Below, piece by piece: positions 11,201-20,503 of a DNA stretch of 46,786 nt (positions are counted from its first letter, which is position 1; the number at the start of each line of letters is the position of its first letter). The DNA lies in NCBI GenBank assembly GCA_002811645.1, contig PDIP01000101.1:1-46786 (forward strand), in the 5' to 3' direction. The translations under genes and the position numbers were made by a program. A model generated the notes under the pieces. That model was not told where the DNA came from. It saw only the letters and a list, made by a program, of their open reading frames with translations, and did not search any database. The DNA comes from Corallochytrium limacisporum Hawaii. Taxonomy: Eukaryota > Protista > Pluriformea.

Positions 11201-11662
11201 TACGAAGTGTACTCTGACGACGTGGAAATTCTGCGTTACACCATGGCGCTCGCTGGTTGGGTGTTCACTGGTCTGGCCTTCATCCTCATTTCTTGGCGTC
11301 TTTTCATCAAGCCTTGTGTCCACGGCAAGGACGATGATCTGCCCAGTAACCAGCGTGTCAAAACCGTCACCAACAGCAGCAAGGACAGTGGCAGTTCCCC
11401 TCAGGGATCCATGGTGGAAGTACCGGACCAGTCCGATTACGGGCGAGATGACCTCTCTGTCACACCAGCGAACGAAACTCTTGCGGCTTCAGCTGTACCT
11501 GCGCACATGCGGGACAGCGAGGCAACGGAACCCAGCACACGGTCATCCACTGACTATGCGTATGTCGCTGCCCCATACCTCAGGGATCGCGACCAGCGAA
11601 ACGATGCGTATTTCGGGGATGCTCATGATTATGATGCCTACGACCGTCCCACAAGGGAATGA
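8234..11662 (+). CDS. Secreted/membrane DM13 + DOMON + Skeletor/Knickkopf-type central domain + DOMON + cytochrome b561 protein
   Basis: ORF 8183..11662. ATG 8234 gives the signal peptide MLVFGSILLTLVATAHA. DM13: HEVTGDV...YDGQAPAAYWW...SVWCEAFDANFG. DOMON1: YMGFGVSG...MVGGD. Central block: ITG.PAWGISMYMNGILIP...ERGKTY...FHPLYIT...TPDVVYYQC. DOMON2: GYAGFG...MIGA. Cytochrome b561 TM helices with His in AHVYLM, WFHLHRILM, HYYIG and LHRL. Confidence 0.9.
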   Translation: MLVFGSILLTLVATAHAQIFLGTLSTREHEVTGDVYLISNTEFRIEAFVYDGQAPAAYWWTGTGRPNNQGRRMREQIRGFNSLVETRRETVSVHMPDGLTVADVDYISVWCEAFDANFGEVFFDIDNIEEPTVEPPQPTVEPPQPTVEPPQPTVEPSETTVEPSETTVQPPQPTVQPSETTVQPSETTVESPQSTDDQPETTVESTTASPSPTTPADPQTSEDVLPDNVNCEMLNDEFRMSWEVDQGSGTITIELASFIEENFYMGFGVSGSNTETRMVGGDPAIAILGAGDAITVEDFFMSAQAQCSGGNGVCRDTDRNESDELTVISTGREGGLLKVKYSRPLSAVNVERDLSYDVSSEDALTYVVWAIGPVNEQTKNPLFHSVAYAEDDVAFAFGRPPVNNCVPLPLKDDTGNDNANNAFVRPVIVADENDPISVRIGPTGGTAFGYPAITGTPAWGISMYMNGILIPHIGVERGKTYRFLIQSGDDAENGARFHPLYITDSSTGGFAQKDPAARAEEALFAGINNIILDADGGITNYTSLTGPLCRYQETEVSDPSVNDYDAYSSSLELVCDERIGADPDAESAGGTVLEWTVADDTPDVVYYQCVTHTSLGWKIRVFDEGEVDEQELIRNMNSLPTEVDEDEDQGQDGDQNQPDANCALDTQFAGTLQFEACNFELQNDYHLYWTLDESTDTARIAFTAPVDGTGYAGFGIGEDVNNAMIGAHVAVASVQADGSVQAFEHVLTQRSRAGVEDGNLFTDLQAEMGSDGRVIVHFERTLSGEVGGTNRRRQAEERDYPAIDAAEDTLIVYAVGSEWLPGQPTQHSSRYFENFNFAEGVSSTATSEREKKIEAHVYLMLSSWGIILPLGVLSAAGLRSKDPLWFHLHRILMLVGYITMTAGFALGLDISQRTPNTENHYYIGVTIFALSTFQVLNGLLRPHKVSADAVTNGSSKKAKIRFGWEILHRLEGCLLLVLAITNIWLGLDLYEVYSDDVEILRYTMALAGWVFTGLAFILISWRLFIKPCVHGKDDDLPSNQRVKTVTNSSKDSGSSPQGSMVEVPDQSDYGRDDLSVTPANETLAASAVPAHMRDSEATEPSTRSSTDYAYVAAPYLRDRDQRNDAYFGDAHDYDAYDRPTRE
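8624..8854 (+). repeat. Intragenic 21-bp tandem repeat (about 11 units, 9 well conserved) encoding a PTVEPPQ/TTVEPSE mucin-like linker
   Basis: Units cccactgt(t/a)gagccaccacag and accactgta(g/c)agccatcagag are read directly in the sequence. Confidence 0.95.
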
Positions 11663-11924
11663 ACGTCGTCCCCTTTGTTAACTCTTTAAGCAAAATCTAC
11701 ATAGCTACCATTTCTTTTTGAAAATATACATGATTCATATGCAATGCCCACCTAGCTCGTATTTCCATCTGAAACAGTATCAGTCATACACGATCATCAG
11801 CAAACCTGCGAATGAGTTTCTACAGCAGAGTTGACATTGCTCTATTCTACAGTTTCACCGTGGCTCGGTAATCCAAGGAAGCCAAAAAATTTTCTTATGT
11901 GGTCAATTGCATTTGGTAATCGTC

Positions 11925-14900
11925 TCAACTAAAGAAGTACGGACTCTTGCGCACGTCTTCCAAGTTCAGGTCACCAATGCGTGGCAGTGGAGGAAATCTT
12001 GCCGCTATGGGTTTGAGATGTTTAGCTGCTGATGCTGCAGGCCTCTTTTTGGTCTTCTTTCCGAAGCTTTCGGTATTCTCCACCATCGAAACAGGGTCAG
12101 AGTCCTCCAGGCTAGACTCAGAAGGGCTGCCAAAAGCAACTGAGCTGTCTACGGCATCATGGGCAGGACTGTCAAACAGGTTCTTGTCCCTGGCGGCCGC
12201 GTCCTTGAGTTCCTCTGTAGACTTCATGCTCTCCTTGTAGAGGAAGTCCTCTTCCGGAGAAGAATAGCCATAGGTCATCTTAAAGTAGGCTTCCAGATTC
12301 TTCAGAATCGGCTGCTCATGCAGCTCTACAAAGGCACCGCGCAGAAGTTGCCCCATTTCATCAATATCGGTAGCATGGGTCCAGAAAGAGTCGTGGACCG
12401 ATGCAAAGGTCAATCCATTGTTCCTACACCTAATAGCAGTCATCAACATATGTGTACTGTCGAGTGAATGCACAAAATTTGGTGGAAACGCCGCTTTTTG
12501 TCGTTGGACAGCTGGAGCGGTGAGTCCGGAACGATCCAGAATGAGCCCAATTGTGCCCATTTTGGACTTGACACGGGTCAGCAATGGCTTGTGGTACGGC
12601 TGAATGATGGGCAAACCCAATGGTGTGAACCATGCGACAGGTCGACCGGTATCGGCAATTTCCTTCGCCGAGTCAGCCAGCCACTCCTGAATGGCGCGCG
12701 CAGAGGTAAAGAGCTCCCGCATGGAATCAAAGGTGAGGCGGGCAAGGTACATTCCAGCAGCACGGTGCATCTCATTACGCATATCGAATCCATAAATTTC
12801 GCGCAACTGGCGACTAATTTGTTCGCGGGCACCGATGAATGTTACTCCGTATACAGAGGTCATGACTGTTTGCTTCACCACCTTGCGCACAATCTTGTCT
12901 GCAACCAATTGAGCAACATCATTACCCTGTTCTGCATCCTCCCTAACCTTACGACGGACGATGTCCGCCACCTCAGTGTAAACATCTTGAGGTCGGTCAT
13001 GGGGCAGTAAATTCACTGCAGATGCGCCGGCAACGTCGCCACCCAACGCGGCGTAGTGCTGCAAGCCATTACATGAGCCATCAGCGTGGACGGGCATACG
13101 ACACATGTACTTCTCAGGGCCTTCCGGATGATCATAAGCTCGGGTGAGTTCCATAGCAGTTGCAAGACATTGCCACGGTTTATCCGCTTCCATCCACCAG
13201 CCCTGGCCCTTCAGAGGATACTCGGCCGAGTTGCGTATCAAGGACATGTGATCTTCAGTAAACGCGACACGTTCTTCGAACGGTAACTTGTCCTTACCGT
13301 ACATGTTGGCCATATGCACCTTGAGCCAATACAGGCCCCGCTCGCCGAGGAGTTTGGGCTCGTCAAAGAGCAGCATGCCACGACAGAGGTCGTTGCCCAA
13401 ATGATTCAAGTGAGGTGGGATTGGATAGGCACGCCCCCTAAAATCCAGGTTGTGCGGGAAATAGAAGGGTACATTCCGCATGCCGTGCGCAATAAGTAAT
13501 TGGTATTGTACACTGCAGCGATCACTGTGACGCTCTGCGTTGGTCTTTGCAATTTCCGCGTGTCGCATTCGAGCCTCATACCGTTCCAGATAGGTCATGT
13601 TTGCGTTGTCGGCGACGTTTTCAAAGGTCAAATCCTCCATGGTTGGTATGTCAAGATCAGGATTGCCACCTTCGTTCCAGACCCGAGTGGCAACAGCCAA
13701 GACCCTGTGATTGACACGCCAACGGGTTGCACTCAGCGTATTCAATGCATCATACACCTCACTCATGCGGTCAGAGGCCTGAGCGAGGCGTGCGGTCTGC
13801 TGCGGTGCACCAGCGGTGCGCATAAGAGGACGGTTGTTTGTGAGGTAGCCACCGCGGTTGTACTTGACCCATGGAAGTGGCATCGAAACCATGGGCAATT
13901 GTCTCGCACTGATAGGTGCATCGTCGCCTCGAGTGATTTGATTCTGGAGCCACTTCACGAATGATCGATTCGGCTTTAAAACACCGAGAATGTCTTTTGC
14001 ATTGCCTATACGATGGAGGTAGTCATAACCAATAAGTCGCTCACGTTGGGACCACGCATTGGGTTGTAGGACAGCCTCCTTCACAAATTCTTTAGTCTCC
14101 TGTGCCTTGCGACGCATCTCTTGAGCGTCCATTTCCTCTTGCTCTCCGGGTCCAGCAATACCCTGCACATGCAGACCCTTATTCGGCAAGAAGGGATTCT
14201 TAGGTTGCTCGCGAGACTCGAAGTCGGTTCTCATCTCGTTCAAAAACTCCATCTCTTTCCTTATCGCGTCTTCGCCGCTAGCCAGGTCCTTCAGTTCCTC
14301 CTGGGCACCCAGGGCGTTGCTGTCTGGCTTCTTCTTGAGTTGAACTACTCCCCTCACTTCAAACTGCAGTGCTGAGTACTTATTAGAGTAGGGAAGGGAT
14401 GCCACCTTAGGACCCATGCCGCTGAAATCGTCAAGATGCAAGGAAATGCTATCCACGACGTGATTCAAGTATACACCACCGACTGCGATTATACTTCGCA
14501 AATCCCAATCGGCCGCCATTCCCTGATCATCCATTACCACCCGGAAACGTTCCCGCACTTGGTCCATTGCTTGTCTGCGGGACACGGGGTCCAACATTGT
14601 ACCATCACGACTGAGTCGGTCATAAGCCTTAGCGATCCCCAGGATCTCGAGAGGCACTTGACCATCTTTAGTTTTGGTGGTAGCGTTCTTGAGGATATCC
14701 AACATGTGCTCGTCCTTGAGTTTGAAGCCAATATCCTGTGCCAAGCGACCATACAGTACGCCCTGCGGGTTCTGCAAAATCCGATTGACAATTTCGTTCA
14801 AAGCCAGCCACGTGCTAACCCTCGGGTTCAGACTCGCAAACAAGGCCTCGTGTTCCGGATTCAGGAACGTTCGAAGGGTTCCTTGCCTGGAAGCACCACC

Positions 14901-16487
14901 ATTGCGCCGGTTTCTTCCCTTTCCCTGAGGCCTTGGGTTACCGTTGAGAATTTCAGTACGTTGTTCTTCAACTTTTTCCAATGCTGACTCAAACCAGCGT
15001 CGCATTAACCTTTTCATGACCGACATTGAGGTTGCCTTTCCCATGCTAACCAATTCCATGTGGCCCTGGTACGTAACTTCTTCGTATCGGCGGCTGATAT
15101 CGGTCTCTAGCATCCACTGCTTTTGAACGGGTGCTAGATTTGGGTCATTCACGACTTGGAGCAGTTGCTTGAGGTAGAGAGGACTGTTGTTTGTTCCAGC
15201 TGTGTCGGGCGTTGGATCCTTGGTCACGTCTTCAATGACGTCGGTTCCTTCGGCGCCGTCCACACCTTTGCCTTTGACTTCGCTCTCCCTCTTGGAATAT
15301 AGACTTAGAGGATCGATAGGTACTTCGTCCTCAATGAACGAATTGATCGTGTAGGGATTGCGGAATGCCTTTTCTATCAAAGCAGTGGGTTCCAGTCCCG
15401 ATTCCACGGCAAACCCTTCGTTTGCATCAGCAAGTACCGCCGGGGGTCTAACATCTAAAGTCGGTCGAGCGCGCTTCAGCCACAGCATCAACCCGTGGCT
15501 GCGGCTCAGTGGCATACTTACAGCATCCATGAACTCTGCAAGGTTGTGTTTGTTGCGTTCAGCATCCTGCAAGATTTCTGCGAACAGATCGAACCGATCC
15601 ATTTGGTGCCATAAATCCAACATGCACACATAACTCGCCTTACTCATTTGAGCTCCCGTTGCCCGCATACGCCGTAGAATGTGCAAACTTAACTTCGGCT
15701 TTCCCTGAGATGCCGCAGATTGTAGCACACGATTCCAGAGCTCTGGGTTCACAGTGCCATGGTGTCTTTCCCAATGATTGATGAGCTCTAGAGCCGCCCG
15801 CGGCTCTCCACTACGCGCACGATTACTAACAAAAGTACGCAATTCTGTTTGAGTGTTCATTAAACTCCTAGTCAGTCTGTTTCCGGACACATCTAATGCA
15901 GTGCCCGTAAGCGTTACATGGTCCGACTCCTTCGTGTCCACCATGGTGTTTTTCAAATCCCTGAACCGATCGGCAAATACCACTTGCTCCTCAGATGGTT
16001 GAAACCGCAGCTTAAGATGATTGATGGTATTCGACAGGGTGTACTTTTGCTGCGGCCGCAAAAACTCCGCCATGCTCGTAACCTCTCTGGAAGAATGGCT
16101 TCCTTTCTTGGCACCAATGGGATTCCATTTGCGTCCCCGACTGTGCGTGTCTGACTCTAGTTCTTCAAATTCACTGGCTTGGAAGCGTTGTCGGGAACGG
16201 GCTCTGCCAAATTTTCCAGTTTTCACTAACGGTGAAAGTTTCTGTGATCCTACAGGTCTCGGCCTTCCTCCCTTGCGACCTCCACTCGTTGACTGAGTTT
16301 CATAGTCAACATAATCCGGTAGCGCACTTCCACGTTTGGGGATTGTTGCTGTGCTGTGTACTGGTTGTGTTGGTTTAATTGCTACCGTGTACAGTAAGCT
16401 CCGTCGTAGGGCAACCCCGTGCAGTTTGCTGAGGGGTGAGCACTGACTTAAAGCCTTGCTGGCCGGTCTTCTATGCTGCAAAAACAT
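11925..16487 (-). CDS. POLRMT: Mitochondrial DNA-directed RNA polymerase (T7-phage type) with PPR motifs
   Basis: Basic, acid-poor N-terminal presequence. PPR-like WNRVLQSAASQG. Motifs NLDFRGRAYP, DGSCNGLQHY, RKVVKQTVMTSVYG, PPNFVHSLD, SVHDSFW. C-terminus SPYFFS. Confidence 0.97.
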   Translation of the reverse strand: MFLQHRRPASKALSQCSPLSKLHGVALRRSLLYTVAIKPTQPVHSTATIPKRGSALPDYVDYETQSTSGGRKGGRPRPVGSQKLSPLVKTGKFGRARSRQRFQASEFEELESDTHSRGRKWNPIGAKKGSHSSREVTSMAEFLRPQQKYTLSNTINHLKLRFQPSEEQVVFADRFRDLKNTMVDTKESDHVTLTGTALDVSGNRLTRSLMNTQTELRTFVSNRARSGEPRAALELINHWERHHGTVNPELWNRVLQSAASQGKPKLSLHILRRMRATGAQMSKASYVCMLDLWHQMDRFDLFAEILQDAERNKHNLAEFMDAVSMPLSRSHGLMLWLKRARPTLDVRPPAVLADANEGFAVESGLEPTALIEKAFRNPYTINSFIEDEVPIDPLSLYSKRESEVKGKGVDGAEGTDVIEDVTKDPTPDTAGTNNSPLYLKQLLQVVNDPNLAPVQKQWMLETDISRRYEEVTYQGHMELVSMGKATSMSVMKRLMRRWFESALEKVEEQRTEILNGNPRPQGKGRNRRNGGASRQGTLRTFLNPEHEALFASLNPRVSTWLALNEIVNRILQNPQGVLYGRLAQDIGFKLKDEHMLDILKNATTKTKDGQVPLEILGIAKAYDRLSRDGTMLDPVSRRQAMDQVRERFRVVMDDQGMAADWDLRSIIAVGGVYLNHVVDSISLHLDDFSGMGPKVASLPYSNKYSALQFEVRGVVQLKKKPDSNALGAQEELKDLASGEDAIRKEMEFLNEMRTDFESREQPKNPFLPNKGLHVQGIAGPGEQEEMDAQEMRRKAQETKEFVKEAVLQPNAWSQRERLIGYDYLHRIGNAKDILGVLKPNRSFVKWLQNQITRGDDAPISARQLPMVSMPLPWVKYNRGGYLTNNRPLMRTAGAPQQTARLAQASDRMSEVYDALNTLSATRWRVNHRVLAVATRVWNEGGNPDLDIPTMEDLTFENVADNANMTYLERYEARMRHAEIAKTNAERHSDRCSVQYQLLIAHGMRNVPFYFPHNLDFRGRAYPIPPHLNHLGNDLCRGMLLFDEPKLLGERGLYWLKVHMANMYGKDKLPFEERVAFTEDHMSLIRNSAEYPLKGQGWWMEADKPWQCLATAMELTRAYDHPEGPEKYMCRMPVHADGSCNGLQHYAALGGDVAGASAVNLLPHDRPQDVYTEVADIVRRKVREDAEQGNDVAQLVADKIVRKVVKQTVMTSVYGVTFIGAREQISRQLREIYGFDMRNEMHRAAGMYLARLTFDSMRELFTSARAIQEWLADSAKEIADTGRPVAWFTPLGLPIIQPYHKPLLTRVKSKMGTIGLILDRSGLTAPAVQRQKAAFPPNFVHSLDSTHMLMTAIRCRNNGLTFASVHDSFWTHATDIDEMGQLLRGAFVELHEQPILKNLEAYFKMTYGYSSPEEDFLYKESMKSTEELKDAAARDKNLFDSPAHDAVDSSVAFGSPSESSLEDSDPVSMVENTESFGKKTKKRPAASAAKHLKPIAARFPPLPRIGDLNLEDVRKSPYFFS

Positions 16488-19400
16488 GACTATCTAACTT
16501 CACTTTTTCATGTACATTCTGAATGTAAACCAGCGCGTGCTAATTACAATCATTCTTGGAAAAACATACATGTCTTCAATCCTGGTCACGGTATTTTTTC
16601 CACACTGAACCGTGAACTATGGTAGTCCTTTCATTCAGATATTAAATACTCTGTTGTGTGGATCAATTATTTGAATACTCAGAAATAGGTGTGTCGTGGG
16701 TCAAAACGACGCACAGATTAGAGATATACAAGTATTCCCTGTCGACCATCCGAGCACCAACGGCGACACTTATTCTCGAGTCATATGGACGTTTGAGGCT
16801 GGAGCTAACTGAACCGCGAGAACCATCACACCTACGCACCCTCGCACTCACCCGCTCCTGTCTGCTTTCCAGCATAGAATCCTGCACAGTTCAACACAGT
16901 TGTTTACAAAATTATCCTCAATGCTATCACAGTGTGAAACCATTGCAACTCGTTCAATATACTCCCAAACCGATATAGTTCATCGAGTTACAATACGGAC
17001 CTATTCAATGGGGTTCTCACAGTCACCCCATTTAGCTCTTTGCCAGGTGCAGGTCAGGCATGTGTGGCTGGATCGTTCCAGTTCTGAGCACACAGGGCAG
17101 GGGCACACTCTGCCTCCCCTCCTTCCACCGTTTCCGACGAGTCACCTGCACGCAACTTGGGTCAGCCTCTTAAGCCCAGGGGCCTAATCCTAACCCTACG
17201 TCCCGGGCAGGCCCCCTCTTCCACAGCTTATGGGCTCGACGTGCAACAACCAAGCACATGGGGCCCCCTTGCTCATTTTCCGGTTCAATTCTCCCTTTCC
17301 ATTCGTTCATCGCTCTTCATCCCATATATTTTCTATGGATTCGGCGAACCTGTTACGTCCGGTCCTCAATTGTCCCGCACAGGTCGATGGAGTGGGAGGG
17401 ATGGTCCGGAAGAAAAACCCGAGCCGTTCCTGGGACTGCGTCCAGTATCTCTGGTGGCACTATCTCAAGACTAGTTAGTTGACTTACCTATTGCTGAAAG
17501 GCCCCTTGCTCAACGGAGACGTCATCCATCTACCGCGGACCGTCCCGCTTCCCTATGAAGTCCAACGGATGACATTCAACCTGGCCACCGCACTCCCTAT
17601 GCACACGAACACGGTTCACAAACGATCCATTGTCCAACTACCGAATCCCTTCAACGTACTTGCCCTCGGGTGATAGTTTAGCACCTCCCCGCCCAAGTAG
17701 TCTGCGCCAGTGTGTGCTGTTTCGAAAGGTACCCCGTGGGTAGTGTGTACCGGTACTGAGTCCAAGACAAGAGACTCGCCCATGTGACCGCTGCCAGCCG
17801 TTCCCAACCGTCTCGACCGGCTCTCCATGCCCTCAGAAACCATTTTTTGCCTCCAGCGCCCCCACGCGCTCAGAGGGACGGGGAAAATCCTAGAGCGAAA
17901 AAAGGGGGCCACAAACCTAACAATGGCCAAGGAAAATAGAACCCGGTGATCAGTGCACTTCGTACGGGCTACAGGAGTAAGGTAAACAAACGCTGCCCAA
18001 CCCTTTCCTTCGCAGAGGAGTGGGCGTTTTACACTGTCAAAGTATGGAGGCGGGCTGGTTCACTAACTCCAATAGACAGCACGACTGAAACCCTCACTCC
18101 CCAGTCTGGATAGACCTCTTTGGATCACAATTGCTACTGAAACCACAGCCGCACATATTTTAAATTGTTCAGTATATCGTATAAAGCATACTTATGTACA
18201 TAAATGTGATTTATATAAATGTCCGTATATAATATACACTGTAGAGTACGGTTTGGCTTCCGACTGCCGTAATTCCCGGTTGGGATACATCCCCCGCGGC
18301 TTTTGGGCCAACTTTCACCTCTTTTCCTCGCGCCCCCACCTACCCGTACTGTGTGCCTGTCCCTTATTAGTCGGTCCTTCCGCCAAATTCTCGCTGCAGT
18401 CACCCAGTTTCCTGGGCTCCTCTGGTCCCGAAATGGGGGGGGGTATTGGAGTTTGTGCTTCTTGTAATGCACACATTCCAACCTATTGATCACTCTGCAA
18501 CCCAAAAAATTGGCTGGCTAGCGAGCATTGCGAGAGGTTGTGAGTTTCCAGGGATTTCGGCCGTCTGAAGTGGAGGCCCCCCCCTGGCCTCAGCACACTT
18601 TGTTGGTGCCAGAACCACTCTCGGCCCTCGTAGCCGTTCCTACACAGTGGGCGACAACCAACCAAAACTTTTTTTTTTCCTTTCATTCTGTCCTTTCTCT
18701 AACTTCCCTCCCCCTCCCAATTTGTTTTCGCTGTTGGCATAGTTTGTGAGGGGCGTCCGGCTTGATCATGGATTGCCATAGCGAGATTACTTCGGTTGCT
18801 GCTTCCCCGCTCCGGAGAGACTGGCAGCAGCGGTCGTAATGAAGCTGTCTGGGCCGCAACTACAAGGGCCTCCTATTGTGTTATGGCATACTGCACGTTC
18901 TGCGATCCTGACCGACTCCCAAGCCCACAGGGAGCACCGGCAGTAAAACAGCAACATGATCCTTGGCCATCGTAATACCAAGACCGTACAGAAGCCTTTG
19001 CATCCTTTTGCATGTCTGGTCTCTGCTAATCATCATGGCATTTGGAGCGGCACGGTCCAGAGCAAAGAAAACCCGCAGGAAAAGGACCCGTCCGCACCAC
19101 CTTGCTGCCGAGGATGTGCGCTTGCAACTCTTTGTGAACCGTCTGTCCTCTTCTGTGACTCTGCAATATTCTGATCTGCTCGCCATACGACATGAGATCT
19201 GGCCGGGTGAGTTGCAGCTCTGTTCCGAGATCTCTCATTCTTCCACCCGCCGACCAGCGAGTCGATCGACACTTTCAGTAGTTTTTCTGCGTAGAATTCG
19301 GAATCAATTCTTGTCCCATTTAACATTTGTTTACGCAATGAGGTGCGCAGGCCTTTGAGCTTTTCAACGGCTGCCGTAGCAACTTTTATTTTTTCTTCGG

Positions 19401-19892
19401 ACGAGGCTGTGACATTCAGTATACAACCCGGTGTTGCCCGCGTCAGACGTTCCGCCGTTCAGTCCGTGCTAATGGCGGCGGGTGGCGGAGGCGAGCGTAA
19501 AGGGCCACCGACCCAAGGAAGAAACGCAAAAAAAAAAAAACAAAAAGGGATCCCGCATCGCTCGGCAGCTCCAGACCCGGTTCCGTTCCGTGCAAGAAGC
19601 CGCAGTGTCTCCTTCCCTCCGTGACCCACCCGGCCGACCCAATTCCAAAAGCAGATCCGGTGTTCAAAACCCTCTCTCTCTCTCTCTCCGTTGCCCCCCC
19701 CCCCCCTTCTTTTTTGGGATTGGTGTTGTTGGGAACGCGATCTCCCAGAAATTTTCTAAATCCAATACTGAATATACTACTCTAAACACGAGGAAAGGGA
19801 TACCCAATTGTGTCCCAGAGGCTGCGGCAAAGAAAAAAATTACGATCGGGTGTCACGGGTCGAAGACGAGGGAGAAGGAAGAGAGGGGGGGG

Positions 19893-19923
19893 NNNNNNNN
19901 NNNNNNNNNNNNNNNNNNNNNNN
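19893..19923. other. Assembly gap
   Basis: N run preceded by a G tract. Confidence 0.99.
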
Positions 19924-20503
19924 NAGATTGACTGTCAGGAAAGCGTTTTCTCTTGGGGGTTTGGCCTTTTTCTTGGAATGGGCTGGACAATCCCTCCCCA
20001 AGCCGGCCCCAAACCGCTCCAATTCACTCTTTTCATTTTTAGTGGGGTTTCCGGCTTAGGGGCTGGTGGGTTTTGGTTTTTTGCTTTGTGTCGGTTCGGG
20101 AGGGCTTGGGGAGCCCCCGGGAGGAAGAGGGTAGGGAGGGCCGAACGAATTAGAAGTGCAGGTTGAGAAGGTGGAATGGAACCGATAGTTTCTCTGTAAC
20201 TTGGCCCGGCCCAATCCTGCATCCCCGCTCATCTCTGACTTGGTCGCTGCTGGAAAGTGCGAGTGTGTGCCAGGACAATCGAGTCCAATGACACATTGCG
20301 ATAAACTGGGCTCATGACACTCATTGTTCCTGTACGGTGGTGCACATTGGTGTCGAACCGCACAAATGCTGTACTGTAGTGCAATCGATTTAAATGGTCT
20401 GTAGAATAGCAGGTACTTAGCTATCATCGGCTCCTCTTCGTGTGCTGTGAGGTCCATTTTGTCGCTGCCAGTCTTGCAAGAGGAGATCATACAGAGCACA
20501 GTC

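Noticed and set aside
17183-17197. Telomere-like cctaatcctaaccct
   Set aside because: Fewer than three imperfect units; chance level.
17479-19360. Cluster of short ORFs in the POLRMT/Slm1-like divergent spacer
   Set aside because: The ORFs overlap on both strands, many have non-ATG starts, and none has a recognisable domain.
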